Assembly: GCA_963837955.1 (NCBI GenBank) | Contig: CAWIPH010000002.1 | Location: 256,001 to 320,000, forward strand | DNA: 64,000 bases | Source: an uncultured Verrucomicrobiae bacterium | GTDB lineage: Bacteria > Verrucomicrobiota > Verrucomicrobiia > Chthoniobacterales > JAFAMB01 | Direction of reading: 5' to 3' | Shown here: positions 62,622-64,000 of the stretch, one piece after another | How positions within the stretch are numbered: position 1 is the first letter of the stretch | Layout: every line of letters begins with the position of its first letter | Notes under the pieces: model-generated | The model's input: the letters and a program-made list of their open reading frames with translations, nothing else | Told to the model about the DNA's origin: nothing | Database searches by the model: none | Translations under genes and position numbers: made by a program

Positions 62622-62657
62622 AAGGGCGTTCCGCTTCAGCGGGACGCCCTTCCTTTT
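62622..62657 (+). terminator. Intrinsic terminator after ahcY
   Basis: AAGGGCGTTCCGC-ttca-GCGGGACGCCCTT then CCTTTT. Confidence 0.75.
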
Positions 62658-62842
62658 GCTGGACCCGGCTTTGGATTTCGCATGAAATGCAAAAATCCAC
62701 CCGGTCAACAGCTAACCGGGAACGCTGAACATGCTAACTGCCGCCCTGGACGCTTTCGCCAAGAACCTGAAACATGTAACCGGAGGCCGTTTCTCCTCTG
62801 CATCTGGATTCCGGATCCCAAATTCTGCTAAGGTTCGCCATT

Positions 62843-63181
62843 ATGAGCCCCGATTTCATTTGCGCAGTTACTTGGTTTGGACAACTCCATCGTTTCCTTG
62901 GGTTGGACTGGAGCTATTTAATGATCTTGGGATTTATCGGCAACCTGATCTTCGGAATGCGTTTCGTTATCCAATGGATTGCTTCCGAGAGAAGCGGAGA
63001 AAGCATCGTACCAACTGCGTTTTGGTACTTTAGCTTAGCGGGAAGTGTTGTGCTGGGGGCCTACTTCGTTTTCCGCCGAGATCCCGTTGGGATTGTAAGC
63101 TATCTTCCAAATTGCGTGATCTACCTGCGGAATCTGCAGCTAATTAAACGCAAAGCTCGCCTTGCTAGCGGACCTGAATGA
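62843..63181 (+). CDS. Lipid-A-disaccharide synthase N-terminal domain (LAB_N) membrane protein
   Basis: GFIGNLIFGMRFVIQWIASE...SIVPTAFWYFS...DPV...IYLRNL. Confidence 0.85.
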   Translation: MSPDFICAVTWFGQLHRFLGLDWSYLMILGFIGNLIFGMRFVIQWIASERSGESIVPTAFWYFSLAGSVVLGAYFVFRRDPVGIVSYLPNCVIYLRNLQLIKRKARLASGPE

Positions 63182-63360
63182 GCCGAAGTATGAAAACCTT
63201 CGATTCGCGTGCCGAATGATGAAATCTGAGAGACAACAGCGGACGGATATCTTCGAAGCCCGCTTGCAATCCGTTCCGGCATTTTTTCGTTGATCTGCAT
63301 GATGGGTTTGATTTTGGTGTGCAACACTAGCGGATTCTGTAAACAGCAGTGAAAACATTG

Positions 63361-64000
63361 ATGAAGAGGCGAGTGCTCATAATGTCGACCAGCGCAGGAA
63401 CTGGGCACGTGCGGGCGGCGGAGGCACTGACTAAGGCGTTCAGGGACAATCCCGATGTCGGGGAAGTCATCCACAGTGACGCTCTTCATTTCACGAACAA
63501 ATTGTTCCGGGATTTTTATTCCAAACTCTATGCCCGCCTAGTTCAAACTGCGCCGGATTTTCTTGGGTGGTGGTACAAACAAAGCGACGAACCATGGAAA
63601 ACAGATGGGATGCGCTTGATGCTGGACCGGCTGAATACCGGCCCGCTTGTAAAATTCATTCGCAAGTTCAACCCGCATATCACCGTCTGTACCCATTTCA
63701 TGCCGGCAGGGATTATCTCGGACCTGATCGCCAAGAATCGCCTGGATGCGCATCTTTCGATCGTTGTCACCGATCTCGATTTTCACGCAATGTGGCTTTC
63801 CCGAATGTTTCATCGGTATTTTGTTGCGATCGAGGAAACTAAGGTCCATCTGGAGATGCTTGGGCTGCCCTCGGAACGGATCACGGTTTCGGGAATCCCG
63901 ATCGATCCGGAATTTGCTTATCCCATCGATCGGTCCGCCACCCGGCACGATTTTGGGCTGCATCCAACGCGTCCCACGTTGCTCCTTTCGGCCGGCGCGC
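63361..64000 (+). CDS. MGDG synthase/UgtP-family glycosyltransferase (GT28), partial; runs off the window and is not in the ORF track
   Basis: Hand translation MKRRVLIMSTSAGTGHVRAAEAL...CTHFMPA...VVTDLDFHAMW...SGIPIDPEF. Confidence 0.85.
   Translation, partial: MKRRVLIMSTSAGTGHVRAAEALTKAFRDNPDVGEVIHSDALHFTNKLFRDFYSKLYARLVQTAPDFLGWWYKQSDEPWKTDGMRLMLDRLNTGPLVKFIRKFNPHITVCTHFMPAGIISDLIAKNRLDAHLSIVVTDLDFHAMWLSRMFHRYFVAIEETKVHLEMLGLPSERITVSGIPIDPEFAYPIDRSATRHDFGLHPTRPTLLLSAGA

Overview
Core-genome window, most likely from a Verrucomicrobiota bacterium (inferred from L33, L34, S18 and lipoprotein sequence style and gene order). It carries the end of the atp operon, hisD, mqnD, rpsA, dksA-rpmG-rpsR, argS, phoU, coaE-rho-rnd, aroF, nth, cysK, fabI, a ketose epimerase-xylulokinase pair, rnc, rnhC/mutY, trpB, tyrA-aroA-cmk-plsC, rpmH-rnpA-yidD-yidC-khpB, tyrS and sahR/metK-ahcY. 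I saw no rRNA, tRNA, CRISPR array, prophage or transposase. Highlights: (1) an unannotated 31-codon ORF upstream of DAHP synthase ending FFYYWRFFFGF, a candidate attenuator leader sensing all three aromatic amino acids; (2) a full-length glycogen synthase homologue lacking all five canonical catalytic residues I checked; (3) a release-factor-like protein with its GGQ loop deleted in frame; (4) three families of roughly 200-bp REP/MITE-like palindromic elements; (5) a candidate SahR operator and Pho box. All calls come from motif recognition by eye; no searches or folding computations were run.
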